From a virus (Duplodnaviria; Caudoviricetes): a stretch of DNA of 64,000 bases. The position numbers were made by a program, and so were the translations under genes. The notes beneath the pieces were generated by a model. It was not told the DNA's origin and did no database searches. It was given only the letters and a program-made list of their open reading frames with translations. Position 1 is the first letter of the stretch; each line of letters opens with the position of its first letter. The stretch lies in the IMG/VR virus record IMGVR_UViG_2880505610_000001, positions 1 through 64,000 of that record. One strand, written 5' to 3'. Shown piece after piece: positions 45,370 through 54,801 of this stretch.

Positions 45370-46419
45370 TCAGGAAGCGTCCCAGGCAACCGGCACAGCA
45401 CCGTCGTCCTCGCGCTGAACCGACACCCCATCGGTCGTCGTCGGGTCACGGAACTTGAACCACGGCTTCGGCCGGGTCGAGTCCACCACGATGTGCTGGG
45501 CGTACCACCCCTTCGCGTCGTGGACCGCCACACGCAGCTTCGCCGGCGGCAGCTTCGCCAGGTCGTTGTCACCAACGAAACCGATCGCGCCAACGTCGCC
45601 CGGGTGCAGCGAGATCGGGGTGATCGCGCTCGGCCCATCGGTGAGCTGTCCGTAGTACCGCACTTCCTCGTCCTCCTCAGGAACCTGTGGGGCCAGCGCG
45701 CGCTGCAGCAGCGCCGCGGTGGCCACGTCGTAAACGCCCGACGCTGTGAGCGAGCGGGAGCGCTGGAACGTCTTCACCGCAGTTTCGGTCTCGCCGCCGT
45801 AGTCGCCGTCGGCGCCGTAGACGGGGAGCGTCTGCCCGGCTCTCAGTAGGGCGTTCTGCAGGTCTCGGACCTTGTCCCCCACGTCACCGGGTCGCAGCGT
45901 CGCGGCCGGCGCCTTCCCGGACCATTTGTAGGGCGCGTCCGTGCCGCTGCCGCTGTAGTACGGCCGGCCGTACCCGGCGATGGTCGACGCATCCCGGACA
46001 CGCCGCTTGCAGGCGTCACCGGTGTTGCCCTCGATCGTCTGCACCCGGCCCCCGCCGAGGACCTTCTCGATGATGCCGACGTGGTCGATGGCGCCGATCG
46101 AGTTGCTGGCCCCCCAGTCGAAGAACACGATGTCCCCGGGCTTAGCCCGGTCGACGTTCGCCGCCGTCCCGGTGTGCCAGCGACCCGCATTCTGGAAGTC
46201 CTGGGCGTGCCACACCGTGAACGCACGGTCGCCTCCGAGCAGGACCGCCGCGGCGTTCCCCGACCGGCGCGCCCAGTAGGTCACGGCCATGTCGCACCAG
46301 GGCGCGCGCAGGAACTCGTCGCCGTACCGGGAGGCGTAGTCGCGGGTGATGTAGTTCGGGCGCCCCGCCAGGCCCAGGGACTTGCGGGCCTCGGCGAGCA
46401 TCCCATCAGCCGTTCCCAT
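45370..46419 (-). CDS. endolysin (CHAP + peptidoglycan-binding domain)
   Basis: PWCDM, PGDIVFFDW, DHVGII, TIEGNT; LRPGDVGDKVRDLQ...ADGDYGGETETAVKTFQ. Confidence 0.92.
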   Translation of the reverse strand: MGTADGMLAEARKSLGLAGRPNYITRDYASRYGDEFLRAPWCDMAVTYWARRSGNAAAVLLGGDRAFTVWHAQDFQNAGRWHTGTAANVDRAKPGDIVFFDWGASNSIGAIDHVGIIEKVLGGGRVQTIEGNTGDACKRRVRDASTIAGYGRPYYSGSGTDAPYKWSGKAPAATLRPGDVGDKVRDLQNALLRAGQTLPVYGADGDYGGETETAVKTFQRSRSLTASGVYDVATAALLQRALAPQVPEEDEEVRYYGQLTDGPSAITPISLHPGDVGAIGFVGDNDLAKLPPAKLRVAVHDAKGWYAQHIVVDSTRPKPWFKFRDPTTTDGVSVQREDDGAVPVAWDAS

Positions 46420-46584
46420 CGGCCCGCCCCCCGGTCACGAACAGCTCACCGGGAGCGCAGACCCCGTCCACCCACCACGTGCCGTCGCTTGCCTTGTGAT
46501 CGCCGTCGTGGCCCCGCTCCAGGGAGCACGCCCAGGACTCGCCGCCCAGCTTCCACACCGGGCCGACGACCTTTCCGCAGTGCA

Positions 46585-46767
46585 TCAGCCCTCACCTCGG
46601 AACACGCCGTCGTCGTCCGGCTCGCCGTACAGCTCGCGCAGCGCGGCCTCCTCATCGGGCACCGTCGCCTGGTGAGCGCCCGGGTGCCGGTCGACCTGGC
46701 CCATGTGCTCGAACTCCGAGCCGACGGGCCCTTCCTCGGAGGCCACGCCACCATGCGGCTCGTTCAC
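46585..46767 (-). CDS. small acidic hypothetical protein
   Basis: GTGA-coupled in lysis cassette. Confidence 0.6.
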   Translation of the reverse strand: MNEPHGGVASEEGPVGSEFEHMGQVDRHPGAHQATVPDEEAALRELYGEPDDDGVFRGEG

Positions 46768-47417
46768 TGTTCCTCCTTGCTGACGCTGCAGCGCCATGCC
46801 TCCCCAGTCACCTGGCCAGGCGGATCGGGAGGCGTGCAGTAGATCGGATGCGTTGACAGGTACTCCTGGACGGCAGCGCGGATCTGCGCCTCAGTAGGCG
46901 GCGGGCCTGGCTCGCCATCGCGACCGGCGGCGCCGTCCTGCCCGTCCTTACCTGGTGCGCCGCTTGGACCGGCAGGACCCGATGGGCCGATGGGACCTGT
47001 GGGTCCGGCGGCTGGCGGGTGCTCCCGCAGGTACCCAGCCACCGCGGCAATGATCTCCGCCATCGTCGGTGCACGGCCTTGCGGCGGCGGGTGGTCCCGC
47101 AGATACCGGGTGACGGCTGCGGCGATCTCTGCTTGTGTCGGTGCCCGCCCGGGGCGCCCCGAAGCCCCTGTGTCACCCGGCCGGCCCGATGAGCCGGTCC
47201 GCGGAGATCCGCCGGGCCGGGACGGAGAAGGCGCGGGTGAGACGAGCGGCACCCCGCCCAGATCTCGGACCTGACCGGCCAGCACATCGATCTCGTGCTG
47301 CTGCCGCCACTGAAGCCAGGCCACCAACCCGATAACCACCGCAATGACCACGGCAATCGCTAGTGGGGCCCCGTACACGCGTGGCTGACAGCCAGGATCC
47401 TCAGGGCTGGCCTTCAC
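46764..47417 (-). CDS. membrane-anchored collagen-like protein
   Basis: TM helix, G-X-Y runs, three PTxAxIxAAVxxYLxxHP repeats. Confidence 0.8.
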   Translation of the reverse strand: MKASPEDPGCQPRVYGAPLAIAVVIAVVIGLVAWLQWRQQHEIDVLAGQVRDLGGVPLVSPAPSPSRPGGSPRTGSSGRPGDTGASGRPGRAPTQAEIAAAVTRYLRDHPPPQGRAPTMAEIIAAVAGYLREHPPAAGPTGPIGPSGPAGPSGAPGKDGQDGAAGRDGEPGPPPTEAQIRAAVQEYLSTHPIYCTPPDPPGQVTGEAWRCSVSKEEQ

Positions 47418-47752
47418 GGCGCCGTCCCCTTGCCTCGCAAATAGAGCTGCAGTATCAGCAGCGTCAATGGCGCCAGAACCGACGTGAACAGGGCCAGCAA
47501 GATCATGCGCCGGTCTGCCGAACGCTGCCGCTGGTCGGCGTCGAGACGGGCCACCACATCGGTGATGTCCTTGGCCAGTTCGTCATGTTCGCGCCTGGCC
47601 GTCTCCACATGCGCTTGGTACAGCGGCAGTCCCACCATCTCTCTTGCCAGCGCGTCCAGGCGCTGGCTGAGTGCCGCGTGACGGTCTCGTAGGTCGTGGC
47701 GGAGGTCGGAGATGTTGCGCTGGAGCTCTCCTGGGGTGGGGTCATCGGCCAC
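47414..47752 (-). CDS. membrane protein of lysis cassette
   Basis: Coiled coil plus C-terminal TM. Confidence 0.75.
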   Translation of the reverse strand: MADDPTPGELQRNISDLRHDLRDRHAALSQRLDALAREMVGLPLYQAHVETARREHDELAKDITDVVARLDADQRQRSADRRMILLALFTSVLAPLTLLILQLYLRGKGTAP

Positions 47753-47782
47753 GCGACCCCCTCATGGTCATCGTGGGCTCCG

Positions 47783-48958
47783 TCAGGCGACGCTCAGCGT
47801 CCAGTCATCGGCGGCGTACTTCGAAACGATTCCGCTGGACTGCTGTTGCAGGAGCCTGGTGCCCGCGTTCGGTGCCAGCGGGGCGGTCACCTTCACGTTG
47901 GTCACGCCCGTAGCGGCGTAGATGGCGGGCGTCCCCGGCGGGGTGTACCCCGTCTGGGCGGCGAAGCCGCTGAACTGGCAGCCGTCGAACAGCAGGTCGC
48001 CGGCGGACCCTCGGATGAAGACCTGCCCCCGGTCGACCGGGTTCCGGCCGGTGCTGGCCGGGCGGACGGCGTTGTTGAAGAACCACAGCTTGTCGAAGAC
48101 CATCCCCTTGCCGCCGGTGATGAGGATCGCGGCGCCCTGGCACGCGCGGGTCTGGTCCCGGCCGGTGCAGTCCAGCAGCGTCCCGTTGAAGACCAGGCCG
48201 CCGTAGCTGCCGTCGATCCGGATGCCGGTCGCCTTCTCCGGCGTGATGTAGAGCGGGCCGAACTGCGACCGGCTCATGTGGGTGAGCCAGACGTAGAACT
48301 TGGTGGCGGCGAGCCTTGTCGAGGACAGAAACCCGCCGGACTGCCAGTAGAAGTTGTCGCTGCCGGCCAGCTTGAACTGGGTGTCGGTCCCCTCGTTCAC
48401 GTACGTGCGGTCGATCCGGACCCGGAGGTGCCGGGCGTGCATGACCGTCGCGAACCCGACCCAGGCCGAGTCCACGAACGTTGCGTCCTCGATCACCGGC
48501 CCCCGCGCCATGTCGGTGACCGGAGTCTGGAAGTGCACGCTGCTCGATGCGGCGCGGAACTGGAGCCCGGACACCCACACGTTCCGGACCCCCGCGGCAG
48601 GGACCGAGAACAGCGCGCTGCCGCCCACGGTCGCCACGCACTGCGGCCCATCCGAGGCGAACTCCCGCTCGGTCGTACCGAGCGACCCGACCAGCCGTAA
48701 CCCGTCGTAGAGCTCGTACGGGCCGCCGGTGAACGTGTGTGCCCGGCTGGCCAGAACGATCGCTGGTGGCCGGGTCTGCGCCGCGGCGTAACTCATCGCC
48801 GCCTTGAGCTTGGCGTCGTCGTCCGCGCCGGCGAAGGCGTCCAGGGGCGCACCGTAGGTGATCTCGTGAACCGAGAGGCGTTTCTCTATGCCGTCGATGG
48901 GTGCTTGGAGGGAGGCGCCCCAGCTCTTGGCGAGTGGCTGGTAGGGGTAGCCGGTCAC
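47783..48958 (-). CDS. beta-helix (pectin-lyase-like) tail spike / receptor-binding protein
   Basis: FAGADDDAKLKAA start and repeated beta-helix-like strands; end of tail operon. Confidence 0.6.
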   Translation of the reverse strand: MTGYPYQPLAKSWGASLQAPIDGIEKRLSVHEITYGAPLDAFAGADDDAKLKAAMSYAAAQTRPPAIVLASRAHTFTGGPYELYDGLRLVGSLGTTEREFASDGPQCVATVGGSALFSVPAAGVRNVWVSGLQFRAASSSVHFQTPVTDMARGPVIEDATFVDSAWVGFATVMHARHLRVRIDRTYVNEGTDTQFKLAGSDNFYWQSGGFLSSTRLAATKFYVWLTHMSRSQFGPLYITPEKATGIRIDGSYGGLVFNGTLLDCTGRDQTRACQGAAILITGGKGMVFDKLWFFNNAVRPASTGRNPVDRGQVFIRGSAGDLLFDGCQFSGFAAQTGYTPPGTPAIYAATGVTNVKVTAPLAPNAGTRLLQQQSSGIVSKYAADDWTLSVA

Positions 48959-49581
48959 CTGGGCCACACCTTCAGGCGGGCCTGCGCGCGCCACACATGC
49001 CCCGGGTAAGGCTTGTCGTAGCCGGGGACGAGGAACTGGCCCTGCTCGTTCATGTGGTGGAACTGGGCGATGTTCACCCGCAGGCACTCGGTGCTCTTGA
49101 CCTCTTCGGCAGTGAAGTGGAACTGGACGTGCTTGGTGCACATGCGGTGCCCGGACGCGTCGGTGACGACGTTGCCGCTCTCGTCCCACAGCAGGTCGTC
49201 GTAGTGCAGCGGCGCGTAGCCCTCCTCGGAGAACAGCGTGCTGCGAGTGTTGAGGACCTCGTTGTCGGAGGTGCGCGCCTTGGTCAGCCACACCTGGTAC
49301 TCGGTGCGCTGCGTCGGGGACGGCGCCCACAGGTCACGGACCCACAGGCTGACCGTCCCGTCCACCAGGGCACCCGACGAGCCGATGTTGGGACCCCAGA
49401 CGATGCTGATGCCGCCGGAGTCGGAGTGGTGCCCCTTCGGGTCCTCCAGGTCCTCATTGAAGTACACGAACAAGCCGTTCCCACCGACGTCCGGGTCGAC
49501 CGACGGGATCGGCTGGATCGGGTCGCCGCCCGTGTTCTTGTAGCCGTAGCGGACGCGGACCGGCTGGAAGGGCAGGGGCAT
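48955..49581 (-). CDS. minor tail / hypothetical virion protein
   Basis: AGGAG RBS; coupled in tail operon. Confidence 0.65.
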   Translation of the reverse strand: MPLPFQPVRVRYGYKNTGGDPIQPIPSVDPDVGGNGLFVYFNEDLEDPKGHHSDSGGISIVWGPNIGSSGALVDGTVSLWVRDLWAPSPTQRTEYQVWLTKARTSDNEVLNTRSTLFSEEGYAPLHYDDLLWDESGNVVTDASGHRMCTKHVQFHFTAEEVKSTECLRVNIAQFHHMNEQGQFLVPGYDKPYPGHVWRAQARLKVWPR

Positions 49582-49589
49582 GGAGGCTC

Positions 49590-50975
49590 CTATCGTCGTT
49601 CGAGGTTCTTCAGCCGCCGGTTGACCTGAGCGGCGCGGCGCCGCGGGTCGGGCTTGGGCCCGCCGACGGTCAGCTCCAGCGCCTCTTCGCCGTTCTCTCC
49701 GATGGAGAACTGCATCTCGTACACCCTGAGCAGGTCGTTCACCTGCAGCCTGGGTGGAGATATGATCACGACCTGGACCCAGTCGCCCAGCCAGATGTGG
49801 TCCGGCCCGTCCCACGCGTCCTGCACCAGCGTGAGAGTGTAGGTCGGTTGGACCACCTGCGATTCGGCGATCTGCCACAGCGCCCGGTCGTTCAGGGCGG
49901 GCTGCGTCGTGAGGCCGGCGTCGCCGAACACGGCGTCCCAGCGCCCTTCGGGGCGGTCGGCCAGGTCGGTGGCCTCGAGTTCTTGGGCGACGAGGGTCTC
50001 TTCGCCGGTCATCCGGATCGCGTTGGCGTAGTCGCCGACGTTGACCTCTCGGCGGGCGCCCGCGATCAGGCCGCCGTACTCGAGGACGACACCGCGGTTC
50101 ACGCCGCGCTGCGGGTAGTACACGTTCACCTGCAGCGCCGAGGCCGAGTCGGCTTCGACGTCCCAGTCGAACCCGCCGATGACCTCAGACAGTTCCTGGA
50201 TCCGCTCGCCGACGGAGTCGCCGGCCTCGTATGTGCGGTCTCTCAGCACGCCTGTCGGTGTGGTGCCGGTCCAGCCCTTGGAGAGGCCCAGGCCGCCCGC
50301 GGTGTTGCCTTGGGTGGCGGAGATGAGCCCCCACACGATCTCGGCCTGGTCGGTGGCCGTGTAGGTGAGGGGGTTGGTGGAGTACAGGCGGCGCCGGTTC
50401 AGGACGGCCCGGTAGTCCAGGGCCGCCACGTCCATCTGGTGGGATGTGCTGTCAAGGGTGTCGCCAGTGTTGCCGTTCCGGCCGCGCATCACGATGCGGG
50501 TCTGTCCGGCGTCAGGCGTCCACAGCACGTGGGTGTCGGTGGTCAACTCGTCGATAGCGGCTGCCTGAGGATGGCGGCCGTCGATGCTGTAACTGACCTC
50601 TGAGGGATCCGTCAGCCGAGCCGTGAATCTGCGTCCGCGGGCCTCGGTCAGCGCGAGCTCGTGGCCTCCTCCGGCGGGCCCGACCACGAACTGCCAGCGG
50701 ATCCGCGGACGTGGAATGGACCCGATCCCGGACTGCTTGTCGCCGGTGCCGGACAGTTCTACGACACCGGTGATGGTGGCTGTTCCGTAGGCGTTCTTTC
50801 TGCCTGTGCCGGTCAGGGTGACGGTGCCGGTGATGGTTCCCGAGCCAACGGCGTTCTTGGTTCCGGTGCCGGCCAGCATGGCTGTGCCGGTGATGACGCC
50901 CGTACCACCGGGTTGGGTCACTCGCGGCCGTGAGGTGATCGGCCGGTTCGGCTGTCCACGTCCGAGGCGGGCCAC
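49590..50975 (-). CDS. minor tail protein (siphovirus Gp37-like hub)
   Basis: GERIQELSEVIGGFDW...YYPQRG...LEYGG..; LGDWVQV; G/T-rich N-terminal repeats. Confidence 0.8.
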   Translation of the reverse strand: MARLGRGQPNRPITSRPRVTQPGGTGVITGTAMLAGTGTKNAVGSGTITGTVTLTGTGRKNAYGTATITGVVELSGTGDKQSGIGSIPRPRIRWQFVVGPAGGGHELALTEARGRRFTARLTDPSEVSYSIDGRHPQAAAIDELTTDTHVLWTPDAGQTRIVMRGRNGNTGDTLDSTSHQMDVAALDYRAVLNRRRLYSTNPLTYTATDQAEIVWGLISATQGNTAGGLGLSKGWTGTTPTGVLRDRTYEAGDSVGERIQELSEVIGGFDWDVEADSASALQVNVYYPQRGVNRGVVLEYGGLIAGARREVNVGDYANAIRMTGEETLVAQELEATDLADRPEGRWDAVFGDAGLTTQPALNDRALWQIAESQVVQPTYTLTLVQDAWDGPDHIWLGDWVQVVIISPPRLQVNDLLRVYEMQFSIGENGEEALELTVGGPKPDPRRRAAQVNRRLKNLERR

Positions 50976-50978
50976 AGG

Positions 50979-51674
50979 TCACCACCTCGTTGCGCGGACG
51001 CCTGCGGTGCGGGGCTCGATCAGGGGCGCCGTGCGGCGGGTGATGGGGCCGGGCCAGCCGGTGTTGTTGACCTGCAGGCCGTCAAGCCAGCCTGTCCACG
51101 TCGCCGAGTTGAAGCTGCCGAACTGGACGGTGTCGCAGTTCACGCCAAGCCCGGCGGCGACAGTGCTGAGGTTTTCACTGGGGGTGGTCGAGTCCGGCGA
51201 GTTGTAGGTGCGCAACTCGACGACCGCGCCGGACGCGACGAACTGGATGTGCCACTCGATCCGGACCCACTGGCCGGTGGGGATGGCGGCGGCGGTCGCG
51301 ATTTCGGCGGCGTTCCCGGCATCGCTGAGCGTCAGGACCCCGGTCGACTCGTACCGGAGCCGGGCAGCCTGGCTGCCGCCGGTCACCCAGCGGACGATGC
51401 CCGTGACACCGGAAGGCGCCGAGCTCGACCACAGGTAGAAGCGGCCCCAGGTCTCGGCCTGGGTGCCATGGCTGGCCGACGTCCACGCCACCTGCTGCGC
51501 ACTCGCACCCGCGACCACCCTGTACGAGAGGGCGCCGAGCGCCTGGGTGTTGTCGAAGGTGATCGTGGGCGTGCCCACGGTGGAGTCGAAGGGGTTGCCG
51601 GAGGCGCCGCCGGAGTTGGCCGCGGACACGGTCGCGCCGTTGGTGCCGCCCTCAGCCGAGTTGTTCAGCTCCAC
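50979..51674 (-). CDS. minor tail protein, ConA/LamG-like
   Basis: IPTGQWVRIEW beta-sandwich pattern. Confidence 0.65.
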   Translation of the reverse strand: MELNNSAEGGTNGATVSAANSGGASGNPFDSTVGTPTITFDNTQALGALSYRVVAGASAQQVAWTSASHGTQAETWGRFYLWSSSAPSGVTGIVRWVTGGSQAARLRYESTGVLTLSDAGNAAEIATAAAIPTGQWVRIEWHIQFVASGAVVELRTYNSPDSTTPSENLSTVAAGLGVNCDTVQFGSFNSATWTGWLDGLQVNNTGWPGPITRRTAPLIEPRTAGVRATRW

Positions 51675-52154
51675 TCAGGCCCGTTCCCACACCAGCCCGG
51701 CGCGGACGTTCACGCCCGCCGGCGCGGTCACGCGGATCGCGAACCCCTCGGAGAACGCGCAGTCCGGGGTGTCGCCGAGCGGCCAGTCGTACACCACGAT
51801 CCCGCCCGCGGGCGACACCAGCCACTCCTCCAGCGGCGTCAGCACCGTCGGTTCGCTGGTCCAGTTCTTCCCCGCGGTGACGCCGTGAGTCTGGGCGCGG
51901 CCGTACAGCTGAGCGACCGCCGAGGTGAGCGTGGTGTTGTTGGTGCCCATCGTGCCGTTGGTCGCCCACGTGCAGTAACACACCTCGACCAGCGCGGGCA
52001 CGGCCGTGGCCGTCGTCCCGTCGAAGGACACGCGGACCTTCTTCAGGTCGAGCCCGAACGCGGCGTTGGCGCGGACGCCGAGGACGGTCTTGGCCGCGCC
52101 GCCGGTGAGAGCGACCGCGCCGCCGGTGGTGACGGTGTATCCGGCCTTGGCCAT
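51675..52154 (-). CDS. minor virion protein
   Basis: TGATG coupling; beta-rich. Confidence 0.7.
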   Translation of the reverse strand: MAKAGYTVTTGGAVALTGGAAKTVLGVRANAAFGLDLKKVRVSFDGTTATAVPALVEVCYCTWATNGTMGTNNTTLTSAVAQLYGRAQTHGVTAGKNWTSEPTVLTPLEEWLVSPAGGIVVYDWPLGDTPDCAFSEGFAIRVTAPAGVNVRAGLVWERA

Positions 52155-52459
52155 CAGTCGCTCACCCGGACTCCGGCCAGGTCGTCCCAGGAAGAGTTGA
52201 CCGTGAACTGGATGGCGTCGTCGGGGCTCTCGCCGGTGACCGCCGGGTTGGCCGCGACCGCCCATGTGAACCGGTCGACGAACATTGCCGAGCCGGTCAG
52301 GACGTCGTAGGCCAGGGCCTGCCTCTTGCCCGCAGTGGCATCGCTCATGCCGTCGGGGGCCTCGCCCATGATGTCCTTGGCCGCGGTCACGATCGCCATG
52401 CGGACCCGGTTCCGGAACGCCGGGTCCTCGGCAAGGGCGGCCTGGTCAGCAAATGCCAC
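52154..52459 (-). CDS. hypothetical virion-operon protein
   Basis: AGGAG RBS; DDAIQFTVNSSWDDLAG. Confidence 0.7.
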   Translation of the reverse strand: MAFADQAALAEDPAFRNRVRMAIVTAAKDIMGEAPDGMSDATAGKRQALAYDVLTGSAMFVDRFTWAVAANPAVTGESPDDAIQFTVNSSWDDLAGVRVSD

Positions 52460-52470
52460 ATCGGCTCCTG

Positions 52471-52818
52471 TCAGGTGAGGGTCGCGGTGAGGTTGAGCGT
52501 GTAGGTGCCCTGCGCCCCGAAGGACTCGACGGTGGTGGTGCCGCCGCCGCGGAAGGTTCCGCCCGAGGCCCCGGTCCATGTCCCGCAGTGCGTGACGGTG
52601 GTGCCGGCGGGCACGTCGAACGTCACGCTCGCGGTGACGGTCTTGGATCCCGCCGAGGACGGGTTCCACGTGATCGCCTTCCTGGCGTACGCGGGGGAAC
52701 CGCCCGTCACCTCGTTAGCACCGGTCGTCCCAGGGTCGGCAGTGTGAAGGCTGGCGTGGGTCGCCAACGTGTCGAGGTCGTCGAGGAAGTCGTCACGGGT
52801 TGCTGCGGTGAACGGCAT
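52471..52818 (-). CDS. phage tail fibre-associated protein
   Basis: SLHTADPGTTGANEVTGGSPAYARKAITW...FDVPAGTTVTH. Confidence 0.8.
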   Translation of the reverse strand: MPFTAATRDDFLDDLDTLATHASLHTADPGTTGANEVTGGSPAYARKAITWNPSSAGSKTVTASVTFDVPAGTTVTHCGTWTGASGGTFRGGGTTTVESFGAQGTYTLNLTATLT

Positions 52819-52819
52819 G

Positions 52820-53890
52820 TCAGGCCGCCTCGTAGGTGATCGTGATCGAGAGCTGGTCGTTGTTCGCCCAGGCGAACGGGCCGCTCGAGCCCCACAGGGT
52901 GTTCTCGGTGACGATCTCCACGGCCGTCCAGGAGGTCGCCGAGCGGATCCGGCAGATGCCGTCCCTCACGTTGTTCGCGCTGGCGTCGAAGGTCTCCGCG
53001 CTGCCGATGTGCTCGCCAACACTCAACGCCTTGGCGGCGACGGGCAGGGACACCATGTAGACGCCGGACCCGCCGGACGCCCCGCTAGTGCCGGCCTTGA
53101 TGTTCGCCCGTACCGTGACCATGGGCCCGTACCGGATGTAGGCGCCCTCCCGCAGCGCGCCGGTACCGAGCGCAGGGGTGGAGGTCACCGCAGTCAGGGC
53201 GGGTGTGTACGTCGTCCACGCCGCGCCGCCACCGTTCCGCCGGGGGATCTCGAACCAGGACCCGCCGTTGGCCATCTCGTAGGTGGTGCGGTCGGTCCGG
53301 TAGATCAGCTCCGAGTCGTACCCTGCCGGCGGCCGGGTACTGTCCGATCCCACGAGCGGGTACTTCGAGCTGATCAGCGCAGCGCTGAGCCGGGTGTCGG
53401 TGATATTGCCGTCCTGCACGCTCGACTGCCCCGCCGCCACGCTCACCGTCGCCAGCGAGATCGCCGACGCCGGGACGGCTGGCGTGCCGGAACCGCTGTC
53501 CTCCAGCACCTCCAACGTCCACTCGTAGGTCGACCACGAGCCGTTGTGAAGTTTGTCCTTCACCCGCGCCACCACCCGGTGCGTCCGGGACCCGGTGCCC
53601 GGCGGTGACGGCACCGTCAGGTTCTCCACGGCGGTGGACTGGCACATGTAGTAGCCCTGGTTGGACACGTCGTCGCCGACGATCGCGCAGCGTCCGGGGG
53701 CGATGTCGACCGAGAAGTTCGCTCCAGCCGCCCGCTGAGTCACCTTCAGTGCGCCGTACACCACGTCCGGGGCGACGATGCCTTCCTGATGCATGAGGCC
53801 CGACAGCAGGTCACGGTTGTCCAGAGCGCTGTAGCTGAAGGTCGAGTCGCCCCCGCCAGCCTGCATGTAGAGCGGGCGCTTCAGAGTCAC
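52820..53890 (-). CDS. minor tail protein
   Basis: Follows Dit; P.VPASAISLATVSVAAG...ITDTR; fibre-like C-terminus. Confidence 0.8.
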   Translation of the reverse strand: MTLKRPLYMQAGGGDSTFSYSALDNRDLLSGLMHQEGIVAPDVVYGALKVTQRAAGANFSVDIAPGRCAIVGDDVSNQGYYMCQSTAVENLTVPSPPGTGSRTHRVVARVKDKLHNGSWSTYEWTLEVLEDSGSGTPAVPASAISLATVSVAAGQSSVQDGNITDTRLSAALISSKYPLVGSDSTRPPAGYDSELIYRTDRTTYEMANGGSWFEIPRRNGGGAAWTTYTPALTAVTSTPALGTGALREGAYIRYGPMVTVRANIKAGTSGASGGSGVYMVSLPVAAKALSVGEHIGSAETFDASANNVRDGICRIRSATSWTAVEIVTENTLWGSSGPFAWANNDQLSITITYEAA

Positions 53891-53921
53891 AGTCAGCCTC
53901 CAGAGCAGGGTGAAGGGAGAG

Positions 53922-54788
53922 TCACAGCCACGTGGAGCGGTACTCGATCGCGGCGACCGCACCACCAGCGGCAGATAGGGGCGCGTAGCGGATCAGCTGG
54001 TCACCCGGTTCGATCCGCCACCAGCTGGTGGTGGCGAAGTCCAGGTAGTTCAGCCGGGAGGCGGTACTCATTGACAGCAGGTACGCCGTCCGGTCGCGGG
54101 TGTCGATCTCGACGTACTCGCCGGCGCCAAGGGTCAGGGCCTCGGTAAACACGATCTGCTCGCCGGTGGTCTCGTTGATCAGCCGCGGCCCCGAGCAAGG
54201 TCCGTACAGGCGGGCGATGAAGTGTGACGGGACCGACCCGAGATTGCTCACCTCGCTCGCTCCCGTCGAGGTTGTCGCGTCCCAGGTGATCGGGAAGGTG
54301 ATCGGGAACGTCAGCCCGACTGTGGTTGGAACGTCGGCGCTGATCTCAGGCAGGGTGGTCAGCTCTGCCGCCTCCCAGACGCCGTCCGGGGCACGCCATT
54401 GCAGTTGGACCTCGCGGGCCTGGGAAGCGACGTAGCCGGTGTAGGGCTCCGACCACTGGTCCACCCGCAGCCTGATGCGCCGTTCCTGCGCCCACCCGGT
54501 GTCCGTGACGTACAGGTAGGGGCGTGACCTCGGGTGCAGGAACGACTTCATCTGGTCGATGACCTGTTCGCACTCGAAGATCTCGTCCTTGAGGACCACC
54601 ACGTCCAGTGACACCGCGCGGCTCCCGAACAGCAGGGTGGTGTCGCGTTCACCGTCGTCGTCCACGCGGCTTTCGCTGACGTCGCGGATCGCCGGCGAGG
54701 ACACCTGCAGCGATTGCGGGAGGATGTGCCGGGACGGGTGGAGGATCAGCTCTCTTGCCCCGTCGACCAGCCGGACTCCCGTCTTCAC
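53922..54788 (-). CDS. distal tail protein (Dit)
   Basis: After TMP; LTFPITFPITW, N.GSVP, GP...PRL.N.TTGE, WWRIEPG. Confidence 0.85.
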   Translation of the reverse strand: MKTGVRLVDGARELILHPSRHILPQSLQVSSPAIRDVSESRVDDDGERDTTLLFGSRAVSLDVVVLKDEIFECEQVIDQMKSFLHPRSRPYLYVTDTGWAQERRIRLRVDQWSEPYTGYVASQAREVQLQWRAPDGVWEAAELTTLPEISADVPTTVGLTFPITFPITWDATTSTGASEVSNLGSVPSHFIARLYGPCSGPRLINETTGEQIVFTEALTLGAGEYVEIDTRDRTAYLLSMSTASRLNYLDFATTSWWRIEPGDQLIRYAPLSAAGGAVAAIEYRSTWL

Positions 54789-54801
54789 CCGCGGCCCCCC
54801 T

